Source of the DNA: Candidatus Krumholzibacteriota bacterium
Lineage (GTDB): Bacteria; Krumholzibacteriota; Krumholzibacteriia; JAJRXK01
Direction: 5' to 3'
NCBI GenBank assembly: GCA_963764625.1
Contig: CAVXTH010000006.1
Coordinates: forward strand, 256,001-320,000
Length of the DNA: 64,000 bases
Below, in pieces: positions 28,444 through 37,819 of the stretch (positions within the stretch are counted from its first letter, which is position 1; every line of letters starts with the position of its first letter). The notes under the pieces were generated by a model. The model had not been told where the DNA came from. It was given only the letters and a program-made list of their open reading frames with translations, and did no database searches. A program made the position numbers and the translations under genes.

Positions 28444-30941
28444 TTCGAGTGCTCATCGGACTCGCGGTCGTTTTCGTTCTGGTGGTGGTTGCGGTCCGTC
28501 TCTTTCTTCCCGCCGACAAGATCCAGGACTTTCTTTTCCACGAGCTGGAATCTCGCACCGGATTGCACGCACAGGCAGAGAAGGCCTCGATTCAATTCCC
28601 TTGGCCCGTGGGCTTACGGTTGGAGGGGCTCAAAGTCACCGCTCCCGGCGGTACCAAGGGCGGCATCCCCCGTCTGAATTGCGAGGTGGAAAGTGCTCTG
28701 GCGCGAGCGGAATTCTTCTCGCTGCTGCGGCGCAAACCGCAGGTACAGGAGATTCGACTCGAGCGTCCGCGGCTGGAGATTTGGATGCCACAGGCTCACG
28801 AGTCCACGGCGGCGCCTGGCGCGGCCGTGGGGAGTGGCAAGAAGTCGCCCCCGCAGTCAATGGTCTCGGCCCTCGCTCTGGGTCTGCTCAGCATCGACGA
28901 CGGGAAACTCATCCTGCATCAGGCCGACGCTTCGACGGTGACAGTCGAGGGATTGAATCAGAGCGCGCACTTTCAACTCGATGCGACAGGGCACTTCGCC
29001 GGCCGACTCGATTCGAAGATCGATTCCCTGCTCCTGGAAGGCGGGGGACGGGCGCGCCCGCAGCGTCTCGAGCAGCTTCAGGCTGAGATCGAAGTGGCGG
29101 GCACCAGCGCTCCGCTTCTGGTGCGCGCGCAGATCGCGCGCCTTTCCGCGAGTGGATTGAGTGTGAAGGGTCCGTTCGAATACCGGGAAGGTCCGTCGAG
29201 ACCCTCGGTCGACACCGAGCTGCAATGGGAGCTCGACCCCGACGAGCTACGGACGCGCCTGAAAGCCTCCGCACCGGCGAAGCTCGGCGAGTGGGATCTG
29301 CAAGTGAAGAGCGTGTCGGGAACGCTGCAGGCGAAGGGAGAGTTACCGGCTCCTTCCGCCGAACCCTCCGCCTGGCTCGCCTTGGTGCGGACCGAAGGAC
29401 ACGCCGACGGAGTGTCGCTCAGCGCTCTGGGCAAGGAGAACCTCGCAAGCGGTGCGATGAACTTCGTGCAGCACGGCGATCAGATCACGGTCGATCTCCT
29501 GAAGATCCAGCTTTCCGGCGCCTCCCTCAGCGGCCGGATCTCGGTTCCCGCGCTGGGGAAGGGCCAGGCGAAGGGAACGCTTAGGATCGAGCGAGCCCAG
29601 CTCGGCGAGTTGGAGAGTCTTTTGACGTCGGTCTGGAGCGAATTGCCCGACAGTCTGGTGGCCTCCGCTTCGCCGCCCGCCCAGTGGCCCCAGCTCCGCG
29701 GAAATCTCACCGGCACGCTCGAGGTGAATCTGCCTCTCCCCCAGCCGCCGAAGCTGCCGGCGACCGCGGTTAAGGGAGAGTTCGCGCTAGGACGCATTGC
29801 CATCGCTGCCCAGTCCCTGCAGGACAGTTTAATCCTTCGAGGCGGTACGATCTCCGCCACCACCCAGAGCGCCGAGCTCAAACACATCGCGGTGTCCAGC
29901 GATGGGCTCGAAGGCACGGTCGATGGCACGCTCGACGGTTGGCCGCAGCGGTACCGCTTTCGGGGAAACGCAAATCTCGCTCTCGTCGATCTCGATCGAC
30001 TCGTGAAGCAGAGCAACCAGAATCATGCCCAGGCGAGTGGCCGATGGTGGAAAGTGAGCGCGGCGCGAGCGCAGGAGAAGAAGGAGGAGTTTCCCGCGCC
30101 GCCGCAAAATCTCGAACTCCAGATGCAGCTTGCGTCGAACCACTTTCGCAGCCGTGGCTACGAGGTGGAGAATCTGCGCGGCCAACTCGATCTGCGTGCG
30201 CGCTTGATGAAACTGAGCGAGCTGAAGGGAAGCATGGGAGGGGGGCAACTGACCGGCGACGGAAGCGTGGACTGGAACAAGAAGCCATCGAGCTGGAAAG
30301 GCCACCTCGAGGCGCAGCAGGTAACCGCGTCTTCACTTCTCGCACCCTTCGCGCCCAAACTCGCCGAGGCCTTCCAAAGCTCGTTTTCCGGCATGATGAC
30401 TCTCAGCGGACCATTGAGCGACGACCGTAAGGCCATTCTCGCCGCTCTTAGTGGCGGCGGCGTACTCAAAGGCGGCGCCGGCGAATTCTTGACGAGTTCC
30501 ATCTTGGGGGAGGAGCTCGCCAAATTACCCGGAAAGGCGGCCGAGAAGCTTCGTGACCTTCCCTTCAAAGAGTTCTTGGCCCAAATACGGATCGAAGCGG
30601 GCAAGGCCCATTTCGATCAGGCGATTCTCAAGGGGCCCACGCAACTGAAGGCCGACGGATGGGCCGGATTCGACGGAACCGTCGACTACAAGTTGGAGTT
30701 GAAGCTTCCGCCGGGGGAGAGTTTGGATCTGGGCTCGCTCACTCCCCTCACCGAATTCTTGCGGGAGGCGGACGGGCGGATCACCGTTCCCATCCACGTG
30801 AGCGGTAGCGGCTCCAAGCCGCAGGTGTCTCTCGAACTGGGGGTGGCGGAGAAGCGCGCGAAGGACGCGGTGAATCAGAACCTGGGCAACAAGCTGCAGG
30901 ATCTGCTGAAGGGTCTGGGAAAGAAGAAGGGTGGAGGGTGA
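28431..30941 (+). CDS. AsmA-family (bridge-like lipid transport) protein
   Basis: N-terminal TM, long beta-rich body, C-terminal VPIHVSGSGSKPQV and amphipathic tail. Confidence 0.8.
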   Translation: MRKLIRVLIGLAVVFVLVVVAVRLFLPADKIQDFLFHELESRTGLHAQAEKASIQFPWPVGLRLEGLKVTAPGGTKGGIPRLNCEVESALARAEFFSLLRRKPQVQEIRLERPRLEIWMPQAHESTAAPGAAVGSGKKSPPQSMVSALALGLLSIDDGKLILHQADASTVTVEGLNQSAHFQLDATGHFAGRLDSKIDSLLLEGGGRARPQRLEQLQAEIEVAGTSAPLLVRAQIARLSASGLSVKGPFEYREGPSRPSVDTELQWELDPDELRTRLKASAPAKLGEWDLQVKSVSGTLQAKGELPAPSAEPSAWLALVRTEGHADGVSLSALGKENLASGAMNFVQHGDQITVDLLKIQLSGASLSGRISVPALGKGQAKGTLRIERAQLGELESLLTSVWSELPDSLVASASPPAQWPQLRGNLTGTLEVNLPLPQPPKLPATAVKGEFALGRIAIAAQSLQDSLILRGGTISATTQSAELKHIAVSSDGLEGTVDGTLDGWPQRYRFRGNANLALVDLDRLVKQSNQNHAQASGRWWKVSAARAQEKKEEFPAPPQNLELQMQLASNHFRSRGYEVENLRGQLDLRARLMKLSELKGSMGGGQLTGDGSVDWNKKPSSWKGHLEAQQVTASSLLAPFAPKLAEAFQSSFSGMMTLSGPLSDDRKAILAALSGGGVLKGGAGEFLTSSILGEELAKLPGKAAEKLRDLPFKEFLAQIRIEAGKAHFDQAILKGPTQLKADGWAGFDGTVDYKLELKLPPGESLDLGSLTPLTEFLREADGRITVPIHVSGSGSKPQVSLELGVAEKRAKDAVNQNLGNKLQDLLKGLGKKKGGG

Positions 30942-30956
30942 GGTCCCCCCGTTATC

Positions 30957-30985
30957 TTGACACCCCTGGGGGGCGGTGCTAGATT
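30957..30985 (+). promoter_or_regulatory. Sigma70 promoter of tRNA operon
   Basis: TTGACA-17 bp-TAGATT with extended TG. Confidence 0.7.
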
Positions 30986-31097
30986 ACTCCTCCGCTGCCG
31001 ACACAGCCCTTTGTTGCCGTGCAAGTATGCGATTTCAAACGGCTTACGGTGCTCTTTGGGCCGAGACCAAAGGCGCGGAGACGCCGTTTCGGTTTGA

Positions 31098-31184
31098 GGA
31101 GGGCTAGACCTAACTGGTAAGGCAGCGGTCTTGAAAACCGCCGGGCTTTTGCCCTTGGGGGTTCGAGTCCCCCGCCCTCCGCCA
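31098..31184 (+). tRNA. tRNA-Ser(TGA)
   Basis: GGAGGGC/GCCCTCC acceptor, anticodon loop CT-TGA-AA, long variable arm, TTCGA, CCA. Confidence 0.92.
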
Positions 31185-31245
31185 TCTGGCGACCTGGCGC
31201 GACTGGAGCGCGCCTCGGCCAAGGAGGCCAACGAAGGAGATTACG

Positions 31246-31333
<88 letters not shown>

Positions 31334-31358
31334 GATCGGGGGCTTTTCCCGAAAGACT

Positions 31359-31435
31359 GCGCCCATAGCTCAACTGGACAGAGCGTTTGGCTACGGACCA
31401 GAAGGTTGGGGGTTCGAGTCCTCCTGGGCGCACCA
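31359..31435 (+). tRNA. tRNA-Arg(ACG)
   Basis: GCGCCCA/TGGGCGC, CT-ACG-GA, TTCGAGTCC, CCA. Confidence 0.96.
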
Positions 31436-31442
31436 TCGAGGA

Positions 31443-31476
31443 GGAAGGGCCGGAAGCTGAAGACTCCGGCCCTTCC
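31443..31476 (+). terminator. Hairpin after tRNA-Arg
   Basis: GGAAGGGCCGGA...TCCGGCCCTTCC inverted repeat. Confidence 0.5.
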
Positions 31477-31524
31477 ACTACTCCCTTATGACTTCATCGA
31501 AAGGTAGTCCTCGTGACAATCCGC

Positions 31525-32127
31525 ATGAACACCTTGAGTCGAGTCCTTTCGGCGGGTGTTTTCCTGGCCGCATTCGCCGTTGCCGGTTACGCCCAGGACT
31601 CAACTTCCACTGCTGCCGAGGAGATGACCGTGCCTCAAGATGGTACCCACGTTCGGCTCGAGACCTCTCTCGGAGCCATAACTTTCCGTCTCTACGACGC
31701 GCTCGCACCCAAGGCGGTCGAGAACTTTCTCGGGCTCGCGAAGAAGGGCTACTACGATGGCGTCATCTTCCATCGAGTCATTCCCGGATTCATGATGCAG
31801 GGAGGCGATCCCACCGGCACCGGGTATGGGGGGCAGAGTCTGTGGGATAAGCCGTTCGAGGACGAAATCTCCGATAGCCTCACCTTCGACAAGCGCGGCA
31901 TTCTCGCGATGGCGAACTCCGGGCCTAAGACCAACGGCAGCCAGTTCTTCATCACCTTTGCTCCGACGACCTGGCTCAACGGCCACCATACGATCTTCGG
32001 GGAAGTGATCGACGGAATGGACGTGCTCGACAAGGCGGAGAAGGTCGAGATCGGTCCGAAGGACAAGCCGGTCGAGGACATCGTCATCACCGGAGTGAAG
32101 GTGCTCAAGTCCGCAGGCAAAGAATAG
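31525..32127 (+). CDS. Exported cyclophilin-type peptidyl-prolyl isomerase
   Basis: FHRVIPGFMMQGGDP, AMANSG, TNGSQFFIT, WLNGHHTIFG; signal peptide. Confidence 0.95.
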   Translation: MNTLSRVLSAGVFLAAFAVAGYAQDSTSTAAEEMTVPQDGTHVRLETSLGAITFRLYDALAPKAVENFLGLAKKGYYDGVIFHRVIPGFMMQGGDPTGTGYGGQSLWDKPFEDEISDSLTFDKRGILAMANSGPKTNGSQFFITFAPTTWLNGHHTIFGEVIDGMDVLDKAEKVEIGPKDKPVEDIVITGVKVLKSAGKE

Positions 32128-32239
32128 AGAACGGAACTTGGTTCGTGCCTTCTGAACCCCTGCCCCCGCATTCCCGATCCGGGACGGGGGCTTTATCTTG
32201 AATCCACTTGGGTCCCAAACCTGGGCAAAGGAACTCTCC

Positions 32240-34114
32240 GTGCGCGGACTTCTCAGATCGGTTTTCCTGCTTCTGGTCTTGGCCCCTGGACTCGCCTGGG
32301 GCTACCCCGCCACTGGCAGCCACGGCTACGGCATGACCGTGTTCGAAGGGAAGGAGCCGCAGCGCTTCGAGGTCGAGATTCTCGGTGTGCTCGAGCGGGC
32401 GGGTTCCACTGGCGACGTCATTCTGGCACGACTCTCCGGTGGGCCTCTTCAGGAAACGGGCGTGCTCCAGGGAATGAGCGGAAGTCCGGTCTGGGTGGAT
32501 GACGAATTGGTGGGGGCGGTGGCGGCCACCTGGGCCTTCGCCAAAGAACCTCTCGCATTGATTCGTCCCATCCAGGAGATGCGGCCGCTGCGCGACTATC
32601 TCGATGGAGGCAAGCACCCCACCTGGTCGCCGGGCGATCGGCTCGCTCCGGCGCCCAATGCGGTTTCGACTCCCATGCCTTTCGATCAAGCACGCGAGCT
32701 GCGCGAGCTCGGGCTCTCGAGCGAGAACGACCCGCAAGAGACGGCGACGCCGCTCCCTCTAGATGAGCTCTGGCCGTTGGGTAGGGTGGGTGGACTCAGC
32801 TGGAGTGAGTCGGGTTGGTCTCCCGCTGTGCGCGAAGCTCTGGAGCGGCGGATGGGTGTCTCGCTGGTTCCAGCTCTGAGCGCCGGCAATGCGCCGGCGA
32901 GCCCTTCGAGCGAGCGGGACCAAAGCGAAGCGTTGCCTCCGGCGCGGGTATCCGCGGGCGATGCGGTCGCAGTGCTCCTGGTCAGCGGCGACGCCCAGTT
33001 GGCGGCTACCGGAACCGTGAGTGAAGTCGACGGTGAGGACATTCTCGCCTTCGGTCATCCCTTCCTCGGGGCAGGCCCGGTGAGCCTGCCGATGTACGCG
33101 GCCGAAGTGGTTGGCGTGCTTCCCAGCCTGCAGATCTCCTTCAAGTTCACCAATCCCACGCAAGAGATCGGAGCTCTCCTCTTGGATCGACCCCAAGGGG
33201 TCGCGGGAAGGCTCGGAGTGCGCGCTGACACTCTGCCGGTGGAAGTGACGGTCGAGTCGGATGACGGGGAAAGTCGCATCTTTCATTACCGCGTCGCCCG
33301 GCATCCCACGGTTGGCCCTCCCCTGGTCTACTGGTGCGTGCAGAACTCTCTCTCATCACTCTCCGACCTGGCTGCGGTCGCGACGGCGCAGATGAAGCTG
33401 GAGCTGGACATCGAGGGGGAGGAACCGCTCCGCAGCGCCGCCGCGGTCACCGGACTGGAGACCGGCGGGACGCTGGCGAAGGAAGTGATGCTTCCGCTGA
33501 GTTTGCTCACCTTCAATCCGGGACACTCGGTGCGGGTGGAAAGGGTCAAGCTGTCGCTCCAACTGCAAAGTGGAGTGCGGTCGGCTCAGTTGGGTCGCGT
33601 CCGCGTTCGCCCCGCCCGCCCGAAGCCCTCTGATTCGCTCGAGGTGGGCGTCGAGCTCTTGCCCTACCGCTCGCAGCCGCAATGGGTGGAACTGAAATTC
33701 ACGCTGCCGCCCGATCTTCCCGAAGGCAAGTACGTGTTGCATCTCAGCGACGGAACCACTGCCTTCGCAACCGAAGTGAGCCGTGCCGAGGAACGTTGGG
33801 GCTATCCGGGGCTGCGTCCCATTCGCGAAGCGTTCGCGCGCCGGCGCTCAGCGAGAACACTCGTCGCGGTCCTCTACGGTCGCGCTTCGGCCGCGGTGGT
33901 GCAGGGGAGGGAGTGGGAGGACTTGCCGGGTAGCGTGGAGAGCGTGATGCGAGCTTCCCACGGAAGTCAGGGAAGCGAGGGTGTGAAGGCCGCGGTGATC
34001 CAGCGCCAGGAGAAGGACACCGAGTGGGTGCTTTCAGGTGATGTCGTGCTGCCACTCACCATCGCCTCCCCCAAGCACCAAGCCGGAGAGCTGGTCTCTC
34101 CGAAGGGCCCTTGA
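32240..34114 (+). CDS. SpoIVB/S55 family serine peptidase, exported
   Basis: GYGMTVFEG, GVLQGMSGSPV, GTV...AFGHPF; signal peptide. Confidence 0.88.
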   Translation: MRGLLRSVFLLLVLAPGLAWGYPATGSHGYGMTVFEGKEPQRFEVEILGVLERAGSTGDVILARLSGGPLQETGVLQGMSGSPVWVDDELVGAVAATWAFAKEPLALIRPIQEMRPLRDYLDGGKHPTWSPGDRLAPAPNAVSTPMPFDQARELRELGLSSENDPQETATPLPLDELWPLGRVGGLSWSESGWSPAVREALERRMGVSLVPALSAGNAPASPSSERDQSEALPPARVSAGDAVAVLLVSGDAQLAATGTVSEVDGEDILAFGHPFLGAGPVSLPMYAAEVVGVLPSLQISFKFTNPTQEIGALLLDRPQGVAGRLGVRADTLPVEVTVESDDGESRIFHYRVARHPTVGPPLVYWCVQNSLSSLSDLAAVATAQMKLELDIEGEEPLRSAAAVTGLETGGTLAKEVMLPLSLLTFNPGHSVRVERVKLSLQLQSGVRSAQLGRVRVRPARPKPSDSLEVGVELLPYRSQPQWVELKFTLPPDLPEGKYVLHLSDGTTAFATEVSRAEERWGYPGLRPIREAFARRRSARTLVAVLYGRASAAVVQGREWEDLPGSVESVMRASHGSQGSEGVKAAVIQRQEKDTEWVLSGDVVLPLTIASPKHQAGELVSPKGP

Positions 34115-34137
34115 AAGGAAAACCCGAGGAGTCATTC

Positions 34138-36207
34138 ATGCGGCGGTTTGCTTTTTCCATTGTGACGGTTCTCTTGCTGTCTTACCCCGGCTTGTCGTTC
34201 GCGGCGGGAACGCGCAACGCGGTCCATCGAGGGGACGGTTTTCTGCTGGGAGAAATGAAGGGGCTCGGGCTCGATGCCGAGAAGCGTCTCTCTCCCGCTC
34301 CCCTGCAGAGCAAAGAGTGGAAGACCGACGCCGACTATGTGTGGTGTCTCGCCCGTGATTCCAAGGGCCGTCTTTTGGCCGGCACTGGCAACTCGGGAGT
34401 GATCTATCGCGAGGAGGACGATGCCCTCAAACCCTGGTCGGTCCCCCTGGGTCTAGAGGTCCTGTCGATCTTGGCGGTTCAGAATGCGGTGTTGGCGGGC
34501 ACCGCCCCCGATGGCACCGTCTATCGGGTCGCCGAGGACGGTTCGGCGAGCATCGCCCTCGAATCGAATCTGCAGAGCATCTGGTGTCTATCCCCGGGAT
34601 GGAAGGAGGGCGCTTGGCTGGCCGGAACCGGTCCGGAGGCCAAGCTCTTTCGGCTGAAAGCGAAGCAGACGAGCGGGGAATTGATTCACGAATTTCCCGC
34701 CGCAAACCTGGTGGCGATCCTCAAGGACGAGGGGGGCTTCTGGCTGTGTACGCACAGTCCCGCGCTGCTCTATCGCGTGGAAGGCAAGGAGGAGAATCCT
34801 CCACAGCTGAAGTACGAGGCGCCGAAGGCGGAGATTCGGACCATCGTGAGCGATGGAGCGCAGGGCGTGTTCTTGTTGATCCTGGACGACCCGACCCAAG
34901 CAGACATCCAGGGGCAAAGCTCCAAGGTGCAAAGCAGAGTTCTCTGGCTTCCATCGGACGGGGGTGAGGTGCAGGTCTACGCGGTGGATCACCGGCTGTT
35001 GAGCTTGGCTCGCATGCCCGATGGTTCCCTCCTGGCGGGTGAATCCGAAACGGGACGACTTCATCACATCGAACCCTTGCGAGCGCGCGGAACCATCTGG
35101 GGCGATCTCGAAGGAGGCGATCCTCTGGCGCTTCTGGTGGGCGAGAAAGGTGGAATCGACATCGGCACCGGAAATCCCGGCAGCGTGTTCCATCTCGAAC
35201 CCGCGGCCGCGTCCGAAGGACTGTACACCTCGCCGGTGATCGACACCGCGGGCGCCATCGCCTGGGGACGCGTTCAAGTGGACTCCGAAGACGGGTCGGT
35301 CGAGGTGAGAACTCGCAGCGGCATTCGCGCCGAGCCCGACGCGAGTTGGAGCCACTGGAGTGCTCCGGTCCCCGCAGGGGAAAGGGTGGACGCGCCGTTG
35401 GCGCCGTACCTGCAGTATCGCCTCGTCCTTCAGGGCGGCGACTCGCCGGCGCGCGTGAGCGCCACTCGCGTGAGCTGGCGCGAGAGAAACCTCGCACCGC
35501 GTTTGCAGGAAGTTCGGGTGGAACCGGCCGAAGCTGTATTGTACTCGGGAGGTGGCAACAGCAGCCCTCCGGCTCCGGTGAGTCAGCAGTTCGACGACGG
35601 GCTCGAGGTCGAGTATTCCCTCTATCAGAGCAAGCAACCGGCGGCGCCGGAGTTGAGCGCCTGGTCGCGCGGTCTGCGAAGTGTTCGCTGGAAGGCCGAA
35701 GATCCCAATTCCGATCGGCTCGAGTTCACGGTCGAGGTCAAACGACAGGGAAGCAAAAGCTGGTATACCCTGGGCAAGGATCTGATGGCGCCGGTGTATG
35801 CCTGGGACACGCGCTCATTCGAGGACGGAGCCTATCGCGTACGCGTGCGCGCCGATGACCGTCTCGACAACGACGCGGATTCCGCGCTGAACAGCGATCA
35901 GACCAGCGCGCTGATCATCGTCGACAACACTCCGCCGGTCTTTGAGAACCTGAAGTGGACGGACAAGTCCAAGCTCGAGCTATCCGGTGAGGTGAGGGAC
36001 CAGAGCTCTCCTCTCACTTCGCTCTCGATCAAGAGTGGTAAGAGAGAGTGGATTCCGGTGGAGCCTTCCGATGAAGTTCTCGATGGACCATACGAGACGT
36101 TTACGCTGCGTCTGAATCCACTGGACGATCAGGACACGAATCGGGTGTGGCTCCGCGCCGTCGATGCGGCGGGCAACGTCACCCTCCGCGAATTGCAGCG
36201 TCAATGA
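34138..36207 (+). CDS. Exported beta-propeller (WD40-like) + fibronectin-III-like protein
   Basis: Repeated xGTGxxGxxY blades; VRTRSG...PDxSWSxWS; WKAEDPNSD, DNTPP. Confidence 0.75.
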   Translation: MRRFAFSIVTVLLLSYPGLSFAAGTRNAVHRGDGFLLGEMKGLGLDAEKRLSPAPLQSKEWKTDADYVWCLARDSKGRLLAGTGNSGVIYREEDDALKPWSVPLGLEVLSILAVQNAVLAGTAPDGTVYRVAEDGSASIALESNLQSIWCLSPGWKEGAWLAGTGPEAKLFRLKAKQTSGELIHEFPAANLVAILKDEGGFWLCTHSPALLYRVEGKEENPPQLKYEAPKAEIRTIVSDGAQGVFLLILDDPTQADIQGQSSKVQSRVLWLPSDGGEVQVYAVDHRLLSLARMPDGSLLAGESETGRLHHIEPLRARGTIWGDLEGGDPLALLVGEKGGIDIGTGNPGSVFHLEPAAASEGLYTSPVIDTAGAIAWGRVQVDSEDGSVEVRTRSGIRAEPDASWSHWSAPVPAGERVDAPLAPYLQYRLVLQGGDSPARVSATRVSWRERNLAPRLQEVRVEPAEAVLYSGGGNSSPPAPVSQQFDDGLEVEYSLYQSKQPAAPELSAWSRGLRSVRWKAEDPNSDRLEFTVEVKRQGSKSWYTLGKDLMAPVYAWDTRSFEDGAYRVRVRADDRLDNDADSALNSDQTSALIIVDNTPPVFENLKWTDKSKLELSGEVRDQSSPLTSLSIKSGKREWIPVEPSDEVLDGPYETFTLRLNPLDDQDTNRVWLRAVDAAGNVTLRELQRQ

Positions 36208-36719
36208 ATCTGCAAGATGGCGGGCTAGAAGCTGAGTTCATGGCGATTCGTCCCGCGGACGAGCGCTTCATGCGTCTGGCTCTGGCCGAAGCCACGGTGG
36301 CGCTCGAGGAGGGTGAGACTCCGGTGGGCGCGGTGGTGGTGCACGATGGGCGGGTGATCGGACGCGGTCACAACCGGGTGGAAGCGCTCGGCGATGCCAC
36401 TGCGCACGCGGAGATCCTGGCCATCGGCGCGGCGGCGGCGACTCTGGGAGATTGGCGCCTGAGCGACGCGACCCTCTACGTGAACATGGAACCCTGCATC
36501 ATGTGCGCGGGAAGCCTCCTCTTGGCGCGAATCCAACGACTGGTCTACGGGCTCAGGGATCCACGCGCGGGCGCGTGCGGTTCCTGCCTGGACCTCCTGC
36601 AGGCGAACCCCTACAAGCTCGATCTCCAGCTGCGCGACGGATGCCTGGCGGAGGAGAGCGAGGCGTTACTCACGGAGTTTTACCGCAAACTGCGCGGGCG
36701 AGGTTCCCTGCTCCCTTGA
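36204..36719 (+). CDS. tadA: tRNA adenosine(34) deaminase
   Basis: FMRLAL, ExPVGAVV, HAE, EPCIMCAG. Confidence 0.92.
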   Translation: MNLQDGGLEAEFMAIRPADERFMRLALAEATVALEEGETPVGAVVVHDGRVIGRGHNRVEALGDATAHAEILAIGAAAATLGDWRLSDATLYVNMEPCIMCAGSLLLARIQRLVYGLRDPRAGACGSCLDLLQANPYKLDLQLRDGCLAEESEALLTEFYRKLRGRGSLLP

Positions 36720-36782
36720 AAATGGAGGGCGAGACACTATCATCTTGTGGCCGGATAAGGAGCATTCCCCCCGGCGCTTCAA

Positions 36783-36870
36783 GGAGAGATGCGAGAGCGG
36801 TTTAATCGGCACGACTGGAAATCGTGTGTACCGAGAGGTACCGTGGGTTCGAATCCCACTCTCTCCGCCA
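36783..36870 (+). tRNA. tRNA-Ser(GGA)
   Basis: GGAGAGA/TCTCTCC, CT-GGA-AA, variable arm, CCA. Confidence 0.95.
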
Positions 36871-36915
36871 CATTTTCGACCCGAGCCCGCAAATGAGCGG
36901 GCTCGTAGACTCTGC

Positions 36916-37005
36916 GGAGAGGTGCCGGAGCGGTCGAACGGGACGGTCTCGAAAACCGTTGATCCCGAAAGGGGTCCCAGGGTTCGAATCCCTGCCTCTC
37001 CGCCA
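36916..37005 (+). tRNA. tRNA-Ser(CGA)
   Basis: GGAGAGG/CCTCTCC, CT-CGA-AA, variable arm, CCA. Confidence 0.95.
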
Positions 37006-37031
37006 GAACCCCCGGCTTCCGTGCCTTGGAC

Positions 37032-37460
37032 TCATGCGCGCGGACGCAGCCGCACCAGAAGAGCCCCCGTCCCACCCTCGTGGGACGGGGCGTCCTCGAA
37101 TCCGGCGACCAGCTGCGGATGTTCCCCAAGCCACTGCCGCACTGCCGGGGCGAGGATGGGGATGCCGTCCGGTGAACTCCGACCTTTCCCCACGATCACG
37201 ATCAACTCTTCGGTCCCCAGTGCACGCTTGGCGTGAAGGAAACTCTCGAGGCGAGCGAGGGCCAGTTCGAGGGGCATCTTGCGCAGCATCAGGCGGGGAC
37301 GCGAGGGCTTGGCCACCGGCGGCGGCTTGGAGCGGGTGGAGCGTTTCGTGGGGGCTTTGGGCTGCGATTTTCCGGCCGGAGGGGGATTCTCCGAGAGGTG
37401 CCGGAGTATCTCCTCGCGGATCTCTTGCGCGGAGCTTTTCTGCTTTCTTCGCTTGGCCAT
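37032..37460 (-). CDS. Stand-alone Smr/MutS2-domain protein
   Basis: LxLRxM..A..LxxFL, VIVGKGRSS, L...V..WL, GGTGALLVRL. Confidence 0.8.
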   Translation of the reverse strand: MAKRRKQKSSAQEIREEILRHLSENPPPAGKSQPKAPTKRSTRSKPPPVAKPSRPRLMLRKMPLELALARLESFLHAKRALGTEELIVIVGKGRSSPDGIPILAPAVRQWLGEHPQLVAGFEDAPSHEGGTGALLVRLRPRA

Positions 37461-37480
37461 GGGACTTTGGGGGCGAGGAA

Positions 37481-37509
37481 ATTGACAAGGGGCTGCTCCC
37501 ATGCTACTT
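37481..37509 (+). promoter_or_regulatory. Sigma70 promoter of tRNA-Ala/ffs/dnaX
   Basis: TTGACA at 37481, TGCTACTT -10 region ~17-18 bp downstream. Confidence 0.55.
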
Positions 37510-37521
37510 CATACGCGGCAT

Positions 37522-37598
37522 GGGGATGTAGCTCAGTTTGGGAGAGCGCCTCGTTCGCAACGAGGAGGTCGGCGGTTCGAGCCCGCTCATCTCCACCA
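37522..37598 (+). tRNA. tRNA-Ala(CGC)
   Basis: GGGGATG/CATCTCC with G3:U70, TT-CGC-AA, CCA. Confidence 0.95.
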
Positions 37599-37678
37599 GT
37601 TCTCGATCGCTCAAGCGCCGAATTCGCCGTGTCAGCCCCCGTAGCGGGAACGATTTGCGAGGGCGGATCGCGCCAGTT

Positions 37679-37778
37679 TGGGCCAGGTCCTGCGCAGCAT
37701 CAGCTTGCTAATCCGGTCAGGACTGGAAAGTAGCAGCCGCGTGCGAGTCCTGTTGTGTGCCGCAGGCAGCCTGGCCCA
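37679..37778 (+). ncRNA. ffs: Signal recognition particle RNA (core)
   Basis: Long hairpin TGGGCCAGG...CCTGGCCCA with helix-8 motif GGTCAGG-ACT-GGAA-AGT-AGCAGCC; canonical position before dnaX. Confidence 0.85.
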
Positions 37779-37819
37779 TCTACTCCTCACGGGCAAAGCG
37801 CCCATAGCCCTGGGTCATC

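Noticed and set aside
31105-31124. Apparent extra A in the D-stem of tRNA-Ser(TGA) (TAGACCTAA)
   Set aside because: Single-base anomaly in a sequence with other probable indel errors; cannot be supported without reads.
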